Program-made: the position numbers and the translations under genes
Part shown: positions 56,095 through 64,000 of the stretch, one piece after another
How the letters are laid out: each line of letters starts with the position of its first letter
Position numbering within the stretch: position 1 is the first letter of the stretch
The notes under the pieces: model-generated
Databases searched by the model: none
Seen by the model: the letters and a program-made list of their open reading frames with translations, nothing else
What the model was told of the DNA's origin: nothing
Assembly: GCA_029262315.1 (NCBI GenBank)
Contig: JAJCZP010000260.1
Span: 1,980 to 65,979 of the forward strand
DNA: 64,000 nucleotides
Reading direction: 5' to 3'
Source of the DNA: Deltaproteobacteria bacterium
Lineage (GTDB): Bacteria; Desulfobacterota; Binatia; UTPRO1

Positions 56095-57149
56095 GGGCCG
56101 AACGCGCCGCGCACGGCCGAGACAACACGAATGGAAGCGCGTTGGTCGCGGCGATACTCGCGCTCGCGCTCGGCGGCGCCGTCGCGACCGCGCTCTCCGA
56201 AGTCGCACGCCTGTCGGTGGTCCGGGGCCGCCTGCAGGAACAGGGGATACGGGCATGGTTCCTGGCAGAGGCGGGACTGGCTGAGGCCGTGGCGGCGATC
56301 CCCCCCGGAAGGAGCTTTGACGCCGCCCTCGCCGTGCCGGCTCGATCCGGCGGCGCGGCGCCGTGGACCTGGACCGGCACCTTCAGCGACGATACCGATG
56401 ACATGCCGAACGACCGAGCGACCGACACCAACGAGCGGGTAATCCTCGCTGTCGAGGCCTCCGGGCCAGCACCGGTGCGGCGCCGCCTCTCAGCCGTAGT
56501 TGGCCGTGAACCCGAGCCTTTTCTTCCGGGAACCGCCACACTAGGCGGCGGAGTCAGAGAATTGGCTCGAGATTTTCTCCTAGATGGCCGAGACTTCGAC
56601 ATGGACAGTCGCTGCACACGTGCCGGGGACGGCCCCCCCCGCGCCGGTCTCGCGCTAATCAATGAGGCACCGCTCTCCCTCATCGATCCGGCGCAGGTCG
56701 TGGGCGGCACCCGGCGAACAGGCCTCGTCCCAGACCTCACCACGCTAGCGCACGACCCGACGGCAACCCCGCACGCTGCCGGGGCTCTGACGGGGCCCCT
56801 GGGCCACCACGACGCGCCACGCTTTACGGTCGTCCACGGCGATGCCGTCGCGGCGAGTCCGATCAGCGGCGCCGGCCTGTTGTACGTCGACGGGCGTCTC
56901 TCGATCCGCCGAGCGCTCGATTTCACAGGCGTCCTGGCGGCCGCCGAGGGCATCGAGGTAACCGCCGAAGGATCGCTCACCGTGTGCGGGGCCATCTGGG
57001 CTGGGGGCGACCCAGCCCTCGCCGTTCGGGGCCGAGGGGCACTGCGACGTAGCGCCGAAGCGATCCGCACGGCGCACCGGCTCTCTCCCCTGCCGGCGCG
57101 TGCGAAGGTCCATGCGACCCGGGAGCTATTTGGAGGAATCGATGGCTGA
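56091..57149 (+). CDS. PilX-like pilus assembly protein (PilX N-terminal hydrophobic domain)
   Basis: The N-terminal GSALVAAILALALGGAV segment is followed by a non-globular region. Its position after the minor pilins supports the call. Confidence 0.5.
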   Translation: MRAERAAHGRDNTNGSALVAAILALALGGAVATALSEVARLSVVRGRLQEQGIRAWFLAEAGLAEAVAAIPPGRSFDAALAVPARSGGAAPWTWTGTFSDDTDDMPNDRATDTNERVILAVEASGPAPVRRRLSAVVGREPEPFLPGTATLGGGVRELARDFLLDGRDFDMDSRCTRAGDGPPRAGLALINEAPLSLIDPAQVVGGTRRTGLVPDLTTLAHDPTATPHAAGALTGPLGHHDAPRFTVVHGDAVAASPISGAGLLYVDGRLSIRRALDFTGVLAAAEGIEVTAEGSLTVCGAIWAGGDPALAVRGRGALRRSAEAIRTAHRLSPLPARAKVHATRELFGGIDG

Positions 57150-57549
57150 GAAGATTCTCGTAGTGGACGACAACGAGGACGTACGGCGCATCACTGGCAA
57201 GATCCTGAGCGCCCGGGGTTTCGAGGTCCTGACCGCATCCGACGGCGTCCAAGCACTCGAGGTCGCCCAGACCGCGCTACCACATTGCATCCTTCTCGAC
57301 GTCATGATGCCGCAGATGAGCGGGCTCGATGTACTGAGCGGGCTCAGGAACGACCCCCGAACTCAGCGCATCCCGGTCATTCTGATCACGGCTCGTGTTC
57401 GCGACGAGGACGTGCTCGAAGGCTACAAGGAAGGGGCCGACTACTACATCACGAAACCCTTCTCCGCCGACCAACTCGTGTACGGCGTGCGGCTGGTGCT
57501 CGGCCAGCGGGCCGAGCCCGCAACCGAAGCCCCACCCGCCGAGGAGTAG
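57142..57549 (+). CDS. Single-domain response regulator receiver (CheY-like)
   Basis: KILVVDDNEDV ... LLDVMMP ... with phospho-acceptor Asp and the K in YYITKPF. Confidence 0.85.
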   Translation: MAEKILVVDDNEDVRRITGKILSARGFEVLTASDGVQALEVAQTALPHCILLDVMMPQMSGLDVLSGLRNDPRTQRIPVILITARVRDEDVLEGYKEGADYYITKPFSADQLVYGVRLVLGQRAEPATEAPPAEE

Positions 57550-57612
57550 CGGCCTCCTTCACCTGGACCATCCGCTCCGCGCAGGCTAGATTCCGCTCCC
57601 GGAGTCATTGCG

Positions 57613-58251
57613 GTGGGTCGCGGACTACTGATCAGCTTCGAAGGCATTGACGGCGCGGGCAAGAGCACGCAAGCGCGAGCGCTCGCGGACGACTTGAGCG
57701 CGCGCGGACTCCCCGTCGTCACAACCTACGAACCCGGCGCGACAAGGCTCGGCGCGGCGCTGCGGCCGATTCTCCTGTCGGGGGATCTGCCGCTGGGTGC
57801 CGACGCGGAGCTACTGCTCTTCCTCGCCGATCGCGCAGACCATGTCGCACAGGTCATCGAGCCGGCGCTCACCGCGGGCCACATCGTCCTGTGCGATCGC
57901 TTCGTCGACTCGACGCTGGCGTACCAGGGCTACGGAAGAAGGGCCGAACTCGACCGCCTCGTACGTTGGAATGCCGAATGCTCCGGCGGACTCCTCCCCG
58001 ACCTCACCCTGCTGCTCGACTGCCCCGTCGGCGAGGGCGCGCGACGCCGGCAACGCGCGGCCGATCGGTACCAGTCCCGCGATGTCGACTACCACGAGCG
58101 CGTACGCGACGGATTCCTCAGGTTAGCCGCCGCGGAACCCGATCGTATCCATGTCCTCGACTCCTCTGTCGGCCTCGCGGCGCTCACGGCCACCGTGACC
58201 GACACGGTCGTCTCCTGGTTGGTGGCCCGTGGCCACGAGATTCGAGGCTGA
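57613..58251 (+). CDS. tmk: Thymidylate kinase
   Basis: FEGIDGAGKST P-loop. DRF/DRY region. Confidence 0.88.
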   Translation: MGRGLLISFEGIDGAGKSTQARALADDLSARGLPVVTTYEPGATRLGAALRPILLSGDLPLGADAELLLFLADRADHVAQVIEPALTAGHIVLCDRFVDSTLAYQGYGRRAELDRLVRWNAECSGGLLPDLTLLLDCPVGEGARRRQRAADRYQSRDVDYHERVRDGFLRLAAAEPDRIHVLDSSVGLAALTATVTDTVVSWLVARGHEIRG

Positions 58252-58252
58252 C

Positions 58253-59281
58253 GTGGCAGCACGCAAGAGCAACCCGAGGCCCCCGACGACCAACGCGCCT
58301 CCAGCACCACCCCTGCGGTTCGGGGAGATTCGTGGACACGACGAGCCGATCGCGTTTCTGCGCCGCGCGTGGAAAGGCGGGCGACTCGCGCACGCGTACT
58401 TCTTCACAGGGCCCGCCGGTATCGGCAAGCTCGCCACGGCGCGCGCACTCGCACTCGGCACGCACTGCATCGACGCACCGTTCGAGGCCTGCGGGCGCTG
58501 CGAGTCATGCCGTACGATCGCAGTGGGAACACATGCCGACGTGCGCGTCGTCCTCGGGCCGCTCAAGGACAAGCGCGACATCTCGATCGAGCAAGTCCGG
58601 AGCTTCCAACGGGAGCTCGGATTCCGCTCTTTGTCAGACCATCCGAAGGTCGGCATCATCAACGATGCGCACCTGCTGACCAACCAGGCGCAGAACGCCC
58701 TTCTGAAAATGCTGGAGGAGCCATCCGGCGATAGCCTGCTGATCCTCGTCGGCGTCAATGCGGCCACTCTGACGCCGACAATCCTCTCGCGCTGCCAACG
58801 CGTTCGCTTCGGCCCGATACCGTCGGACGATGTCGCCGCCATCCTCGAAGCCCACGGCCACAAGCGCGCCGAGGCCACCGCCCTCGCGGCCTACGCCGAC
58901 GGCAGCCCCGGACGCGCCCTGACGCTCGATCGGGAGTTTTTCACGACGGGACGCCCCGCGATCCTGCAACGACTGGCATCGCTGCGGGGCGCGGGGTTCA
59001 AGCAACTGGCCGACGTTGCCCAAGAGCTGGCCACAGGAGACCAGGAACTCGGTCTCGTCATGGCTGTGATCGCCTCCTGGTACCGCGACGGCCTGCGTCG
59101 CCAGCTGCTCGGCGCGGACGAGCCCATCCAAAACGCCGACCTCGCCGACGCGCTCCCGAGCATCGACGTCGACAGCAGTCTTCGCAATCTCGAGACGACT
59201 TATGCTACGATGATTGCCTTGCGTCAGAATGCGAACCGCAATCTTGCACTCACCAAGCTGCTGCTGACGCTCGCGCGCTGA
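58253..59281 (+). CDS. holB: DNA polymerase III delta-prime subunit HolB
   Basis: HAYFFTGPAGIGK, a Zn module (C ... CGRCESC), and SRCQ sensor motifs. GTG start just after the tmk stop. Confidence 0.8.
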   Translation: MAARKSNPRPPTTNAPPAPPLRFGEIRGHDEPIAFLRRAWKGGRLAHAYFFTGPAGIGKLATARALALGTHCIDAPFEACGRCESCRTIAVGTHADVRVVLGPLKDKRDISIEQVRSFQRELGFRSLSDHPKVGIINDAHLLTNQAQNALLKMLEEPSGDSLLILVGVNAATLTPTILSRCQRVRFGPIPSDDVAAILEAHGHKRAEATALAAYADGSPGRALTLDREFFTTGRPAILQRLASLRGAGFKQLADVAQELATGDQELGLVMAVIASWYRDGLRRQLLGADEPIQNADLADALPSIDVDSSLRNLETTYATMIALRQNANRNLALTKLLLTLAR

Positions 59282-59306
59282 GGCAAAGCCCGCCTCGTCG
59301 AACAAC

Positions 59307-60857
59307 GTGCCGACTGACGACACAGCCGCTCCGGGACGCGTCTACATCACGACGCCGCTCTATTACGTCAATGCCGAGCCTCATCTCGGATCGGCGTACA
59401 CAATCATCATCTGCGACATGATGGCCCGCTACTACCGACAGCGCGGCTACGACACTTTCTTTCTGACCGGCACCGACGAGCATGGCGACAAGATCGCACA
59501 GGCCGCGGAGGCCGCCGGTGAGGAGCCGCAACAGTACGCCGACCGAATCAGCGCGGCGTTCCGCGACACGTGGGAGCAAAGCGGCCTCACCTACGACCGC
59601 TTCATCCGCACGACCGATGCCGACCATGTGCGAACGGTCCGCGAGGTCTTGACCCGCGTCCACGCCGCCGGCGACATCTACTTCGGCAGCTACGGCGGGC
59701 ACTACTGCACTGGCTGCGAACGCTTCTACACCGAAAAGGAGCTCACCGGCGGCACCTGCCCCGATCACCGCACCGTGCCCGAGTGGATCGAGGAAGAGAA
59801 CTACTTCTTCAAGATGGGCAAGTACCAAGAGCGACTCCTGGCGGAGATCGAGTCACGGCCCGACATGATTCGCCCGGAACGCTACCGGAACGAGGTGCTC
59901 GCGATGCTGCGCGAACCCCTCGAAGACCTCTGCATCTCGCGCCCGAAGAGCCGGCTCACGTGGGGTATCGAGCTCCCCTTCGACGAAAATTTCGTCACCT
60001 ATGTCTGGTTCGACGCTCTCATCAACTATGTCACCGCGGTCAAAGAATTGGGCGAGGAGCGCTTCGAGGCCCTCTGGCCGACGGCAAACCATTTCATCGC
60101 CAAGGACATCCTGAAGCCGCACGCCATCTTCTGGCCGACAATGCTGATGGCAGCAGGCCTTCCGTCCTATCAACACCTGAACGTCCACGGATATTGGACC
60201 GTCGACGGCGCGAAGATGTCCAAGAGCCTGGGCAATGTCGTACGCCCGCTCGACATGCGCGATCGCTACGGCATGGACTCCTTCCGGTACATGCTTTTGC
60301 GCGAGAGCGTCTTCGGTCTCGACGCGGACTTCCGTGAGGAGGCGCTGATCACACGCGTCAACGCGGATCTCGCCAACAATGTCGGCAACCTCGTGAGCCG
60401 CACGCTTTCTATGCAACAGAAGTACTTTCAGGGGGAGGTACAGCCCCGCCTCGACACCCGGCCCGAGGACGCCGCCCTCGAGCAGGCTTTCGCCGACGCC
60501 GCGCGCGCGGTCGACGTGCACATCGCTGGTCTCATGCCATCACGGGCACTCGAGGCGATCTGGCGGGCTGCCGACCATGCCAACAAATACATCGTCGAGA
60601 CGGCACCGTTCACGCTCGCGAAGGACCCTGCATCCCGACCGCGTGTCGGAACGATCCTCCACAATCTCGTCGAGGTCCTCCGGGCCATCGCCCAGCTGAC
60701 GCTCCCTTTCATTCCGGAGAGCGCGGACCGGATCGCGGCCATGCTGAATCTCCCAGACGACGGGCTCCGGCTGCCCAGCGCGCCGTGGGGCGATGCCTTC
60801 GCGGCGGGGCATCGGGTGGAGAAACCCACAACCCTGTTCCCCCGCATCGAGACCTGA
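59307..60857 (+). CDS. metG: Methionine--tRNA ligase (short form, no C-terminal EMAP domain)
   Basis: HLG variant of HIGH (AEPHLGSAYT), a Zn knuckle (CTGCERF ... CPDH), and KMSKS. Confidence 0.9.
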   Translation: MPTDDTAAPGRVYITTPLYYVNAEPHLGSAYTIIICDMMARYYRQRGYDTFFLTGTDEHGDKIAQAAEAAGEEPQQYADRISAAFRDTWEQSGLTYDRFIRTTDADHVRTVREVLTRVHAAGDIYFGSYGGHYCTGCERFYTEKELTGGTCPDHRTVPEWIEEENYFFKMGKYQERLLAEIESRPDMIRPERYRNEVLAMLREPLEDLCISRPKSRLTWGIELPFDENFVTYVWFDALINYVTAVKELGEERFEALWPTANHFIAKDILKPHAIFWPTMLMAAGLPSYQHLNVHGYWTVDGAKMSKSLGNVVRPLDMRDRYGMDSFRYMLLRESVFGLDADFREEALITRVNADLANNVGNLVSRTLSMQQKYFQGEVQPRLDTRPEDAALEQAFADAARAVDVHIAGLMPSRALEAIWRAADHANKYIVETAPFTLAKDPASRPRVGTILHNLVEVLRAIAQLTLPFIPESADRIAAMLNLPDDGLRLPSAPWGDAFAAGHRVEKPTTLFPRIET

Positions 60858-60861
60858 GCCT

Positions 60862-61737
60862 GTGGCCCGCGAGGGCGACAAGCCCCAATCCGACGTCGTT
60901 GACCGGCGCATCCTCGCAACGGTACCGGTACCCGACCCGCTCGTTCCTCTGATCGACTCGCACTGCCACCTCGACCAGCCGGCCTACGCCTCCGATCGCC
61001 ACGCCGCGATCGCGCGTGCGCGCGCCTGCGGCGTGGGCCGCATGGTGACGGTCGGGGCAGGAGGCACACTGACGAGCAATCGAGCCGCCGTCGCACTTGC
61101 CGAAGCCGACGACGATATCTTCGCCGCCGTGGCCGTGCACCCACACGACGCGAGCGAGATCACCGATGAGACGTATCCAGACCTCCGACTGCTCTGGGAG
61201 CACCCGAAAGTCGTGGCCGTCGGTGAGACCGGCCTCGACTACTACTACAACCATTCGACACCGGACGTGCAGCGCCACCACCTCCGATGCTTCGTGCGCG
61301 AGGCCGGGCGCGCGAACCTCCCGCTGGTGATTCATTGTCGGGACGCGTTCGACGACCTTCTCCCGATCCTGCGCGAGGAAGATGCCGCCGCAATCGGCGG
61401 TGTCCTGCATTGCTTCAGCGGCACACAGGCTGAGGCCGACGCATGCCTCGCACTCGGCTTCTACCTGTCGTTCTCTGGCATCGTCACTTTCAAGACTGCG
61501 GCCGTGTTGCGAAGCGTCGCCCAACACACACCGCCGGACCGACTGCTCATCGAGACGGACGCGCCCTTCCTCGCCCCGACACCGTACCGTGGCAAGCGCA
61601 ACGAGCCCGCGCTACTTCGTCAGGTGGCAGAAGAGATTGCGCAGGCGACTGGACGAGAGCTCGCCGAAGTTGCCCGCCTCACGAGCGAGAACGCCTGCCG
61701 CCTGTTCCGTCTTCCGCCGGCCCAACAGCGCAGCTGA
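60862..61737 (+). CDS. tatD: TatD-family metal-dependent DNase/hydrolase
   Basis: LIDSHCHLD ... GETGLDYY ... HCF ... ETDAPF motifs. GTG start after the metG stop; the ORF extends upstream to 60793. Confidence 0.8.
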   Translation: MAREGDKPQSDVVDRRILATVPVPDPLVPLIDSHCHLDQPAYASDRHAAIARARACGVGRMVTVGAGGTLTSNRAAVALAEADDDIFAAVAVHPHDASEITDETYPDLRLLWEHPKVVAVGETGLDYYYNHSTPDVQRHHLRCFVREAGRANLPLVIHCRDAFDDLLPILREEDAAAIGGVLHCFSGTQAEADACLALGFYLSFSGIVTFKTAAVLRSVAQHTPPDRLLIETDAPFLAPTPYRGKRNEPALLRQVAEEIAQATGRELAEVARLTSENACRLFRLPPAQQRS

Positions 61738-61745
61738 CACGGCGA

Positions 61746-62267
61746 TCAGAACTCCTCGTCGTCGTCCGGGGCGCTACTCCGATAGTCGTTCGGTTGGGCC
61801 GTCATGAGCGCCCAGAGCACGGCGCCGACCATGAACGCGAGCGTCGTTTGCAACACGACGAACCCACCGATCTTCAGGTAGGCGAAGGCAGGCGAGACGT
61901 ACCGAATGAGCCATCCGGCGCCCTCGTCCGCAAGTGCGGACGCGAAGGCGAGGCTCACGATCCATGCCTTCGCGCGATTCGCCAACGGCACGAAGAGGAC
62001 GAGGTGGGTCATGGTAAGCACGAGGATGCCCATCGCGAACAAATGAAAGTGCGTGATCTCCAGCAGCACCTTGAAGCTTCGCGGCGGCAGGAACTCTCCC
62101 TCGCTCCCGAGATAGTGCCGTACGACCGACGCCGGCGTGAGCCCCATATGGGAAAAGTAGAGCAGGCCGTTGGTCAGCCAAAGCAGGCCGACAAACACGA
62201 GAAACCATACCAGCACCAATTGAAGGAGCTGGTTGTTCTTCCAATCAGTAGAGACGGTAAAGCGCAC
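61746..62267 (-). CDS. Hypothetical integral membrane protein (4-5 TM)
   Basis: 173-aa hydrophobic ORF, directly downstream of the FMN-binding gene (adjacent stop/start). Confidence 0.5.
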   Translation of the reverse strand: MRFTVSTDWKNNQLLQLVLVWFLVFVGLLWLTNGLLYFSHMGLTPASVVRHYLGSEGEFLPPRSFKVLLEITHFHLFAMGILVLTMTHLVLFVPLANRAKAWIVSLAFASALADEGAGWLIRYVSPAFAYLKIGGFVVLQTTLAFMVGAVLWALMTAQPNDYRSSAPDDDEEF

Positions 62268-62927
62268 TCAGCCCTCGCCACCCGGCGCCCCGGGTCGGAC
62301 TCGTTCCGCCGGGGGCTCTACCGCACCCGGGGTGTCAGCGCTCTCGGTGTCGAGCACGACCTCGTGAAAGATCGCCAACACCCGTCGCACGCCAGCGGTC
62401 AGTGCCACCGCGCTCAACGTGGCACCCGTGAGCCCCTGAATCCCGTGCCGAAGCGCGAGATCGTCATCGAGCTTCCGGTTGTCAAATTGGCCGACCCATT
62501 GCTCCGTGGGCATGTACTCCGCGGGCTCGTAGAAGGCCAGGATCTCGACACGGCGAACCGTACCGTCGGGCGCGAGGCGCACCATGAAGGCCGCGGGTAG
62601 CGTCCGGACGACGGGGTGATCGATGATCGCATACCCGAGAATCTCCGTACCACGCCAGCCGACGAAAATCGTCCAGAGCTGCGACTCCAGCGCGGTGCCG
62701 GCCTGCCGCTCCACGCTGGCCTTCTGCGCCGCGGTCAAGAAGACCGCCCTCTCCTCGATCCGGTCGGCATCGGGGAACGCCTTCGCAAGGGCCTCGTCCT
62801 TGGCGAGCAGCACCTTGGCGCCGACGACGCTCGACATCATCACCGCGCCTATCGCACCGGCGACGGCGGCAAACCAGCGAGATCTCCGCACGACCAGCGT
62901 CCTCCTAGAAGATGAAGCCGGCGCCAA
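62268..62927 (-). CDS. FMN-binding domain protein (membrane-anchored)
   Basis: N-terminal TM region, then an FMN_bind-like segment (ILGYAIIDH ... IQGLTGATLSAVALTAGV). Confidence 0.55.
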   Translation of the reverse strand: MAPASSSRRTLVVRRSRWFAAVAGAIGAVMMSSVVGAKVLLAKDEALAKAFPDADRIEERAVFLTAAQKASVERQAGTALESQLWTIFVGWRGTEILGYAIIDHPVVRTLPAAFMVRLAPDGTVRRVEILAFYEPAEYMPTEQWVGQFDNRKLDDDLALRHGIQGLTGATLSAVALTAGVRRVLAIFHEVVLDTESADTPGAVEPPAERVRPGAPGGEG

Positions 62928-64000
62928 TGTTCAGCTCGTCGGCGATGGCGTTCCGGCTACCATTCTGAAAGTTCCGATAGTCGAACTTCAGCACGACCTG
63001 CGGGTGCGGCTTGTACGAGAACCCGACGGTGTAGACCATGGGGTCGCGGCCGGGGACGCGCTCGAATCCGCTCGGCACCCGATCCTGCGTGTCGAAGATC
63101 TCGTACCGAAAAAACGGGGCCAGATACTGCGTGGTCCCCGGCAAAACCAACGGCAGCAGGTCGTACGCCACCTCCGCGTAGAAGCCGAACATCTTGCTGG
63201 CAACCGTGTCATCGAGGGCCGCGCTCAGCACGTCCGCATCGTCGAGGTCGACGAGCACACCGAGCATTCGGAACCAGAAGCCGCGCCACTCGACCTGCGT
63301 GTGGGCTTCCCACATGGTGAGGAACGCACTGGGCTTCTCGCCCCCGAAATCCTCGTTCTGCCCCGTATTGCCCATCCAGACCGAGGTGCCGATCGAGGTA
63401 CCAACCCAGGGCGTGTAGTCGAGCCGAATGGCGCCGGCGACGTCGTCGAAGTCAGCGCGGTTGCCCTTCTGACGACCGCCGCGCACGCCCTTCGAGCTGA
63501 AGCCCTCGGCGCTCAAACTATTCATCAAGTATGCGCGATACTCCAAGCCCGGGAGGAGGGTTCCGAAGAAACCGACGCCACCTTCGCGCCATGTTGTCGG
63601 AATGATCTCGCGCTCCACCGACGGCCGAATGTTGCCGAAGAAGGTGGTTGGCTCGTGCAGCTCGTTCACGAAACCTACGGGCACCAAGAGGAGCCCGGCA
63701 CGCACGTTCAATGGCTCCCACAGAAAGAAATCGAGCGCCGCGAACTCCACCGAGACGGAGCCGTCACCTGAGGTGACCGTCGAACTCGAGGTGGCGTGCT
63801 CGAACTCGATCTCCGTGTTCAAGAGAATACGGTCGCTGAACTTGTAGCCGGTGTAGAGAACGAAGCGCAGGAAATCGAACTGGTCGCTCTTGCCGCCCTC
63901 GTTCTTGACGAAATTCTGGTAGTTGAACTCACCGTAGCCACCGATCGAGAGACCACGATCGACCTGGTACACCTTCGACGCCGCGGGACCGAGCCCGTAG
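62905..64000 (-). CDS. Outer-membrane beta-barrel porin-like protein; the 5' end lies beyond the window edge
   Basis: C-terminal aromatic signature (IGAGFIF) and alternating amphipathic beta-strands. The frame stays open past 63972 to the window end. Confidence 0.7.
   Translation of the reverse strand, partial: YGLGPAASKVYQVDRGLSIGGYGEFNYQNFVKNEGGKSDQFDFLRFVLYTGYKFSDRILLNTEIEFEHATSSSTVTSGDGSVSVEFAALDFFLWEPLNVRAGLLLVPVGFVNELHEPTTFFGNIRPSVEREIIPTTWREGGVGFFGTLLPGLEYRAYLMNSLSAEGFSSKGVRGGRQKGNRADFDDVAGAIRLDYTPWVGTSIGTSVWMGNTGQNEDFGGEKPSAFLTMWEAHTQVEWRGFWFRMLGVLVDLDDADVLSAALDDTVASKMFGFYAEVAYDLLPLVLPGTTQYLAPFFRYEIFDTQDRVPSGFERVPGRDPMVYTVGFSYKPHPQVVLKFDYRNFQNGSRNAIADELNIGAGFIF

Overview
A 64-kb, high-GC (~68%) bacterial chromosomal window that is densely coding on both strands. 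The gene content (thrombospondin type-3 repeat metalloprotease, a sigma-54-driven type IV pilus cluster, a RAYT transposase with REP-like repeats) suggests a Myxococcota/deltaproteobacterial-type genome; this is inference only.

Gene content in order:
- A 3'-partial secreted metzincin, a GNAT acetyltransferase, RlmD/RumA, a Rieske protein, a Memo-like protein and a second GNAT.
- A minus-strand housekeeping operon: alr-purH-purD-purE-tsaC-DUF1015, followed by thiS-thiG-thiE on the plus strand.
- A translationally coupled minus-strand operon of three secreted proteins (a NosD-like beta-helix protein, a pentaheme c-type cytochrome and a monoheme cytochrome). All three share a ~225-aa Cys-rich module that I do not recognise as a named family. 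This is the best candidate for an undescribed system.
- A sulfatase-like / SAM-methyltransferase / large membrane protein cluster.
- A GlxA-type AraC regulator with a DJ-1/PfpI protein, UbiB kinase, LarB, thiL, and dnaJ-dnaK-grpE.
- recO, glyQS, a PPDK carrying a histone-H1-like K/A/R-rich N-terminal extension, and aroE.
- A decayed islet with frameshifted genes, a RAYT (IS200-like Y1) transposase and a 3.7-copy ~122-bp tandem repeat array.
- pilB-pilT-pilC, a membrane-anchored PilS-N/PilR-C hybrid sigma-54 activator, a sigma-54 promoter, pilA with a strong terminator, a GT-C-like membrane protein, pilD, four minor pilins and an orphan receiver.
- tmk-holB-metG-tatD, and a minus-strand membrane protein / FMN-binding protein / OMP porin cluster (the OMP runs off the 3' window edge).

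No rRNA, tRNA or CRISPR array was detected. Many long antisense shadow ORFs are GC-composition artefacts.
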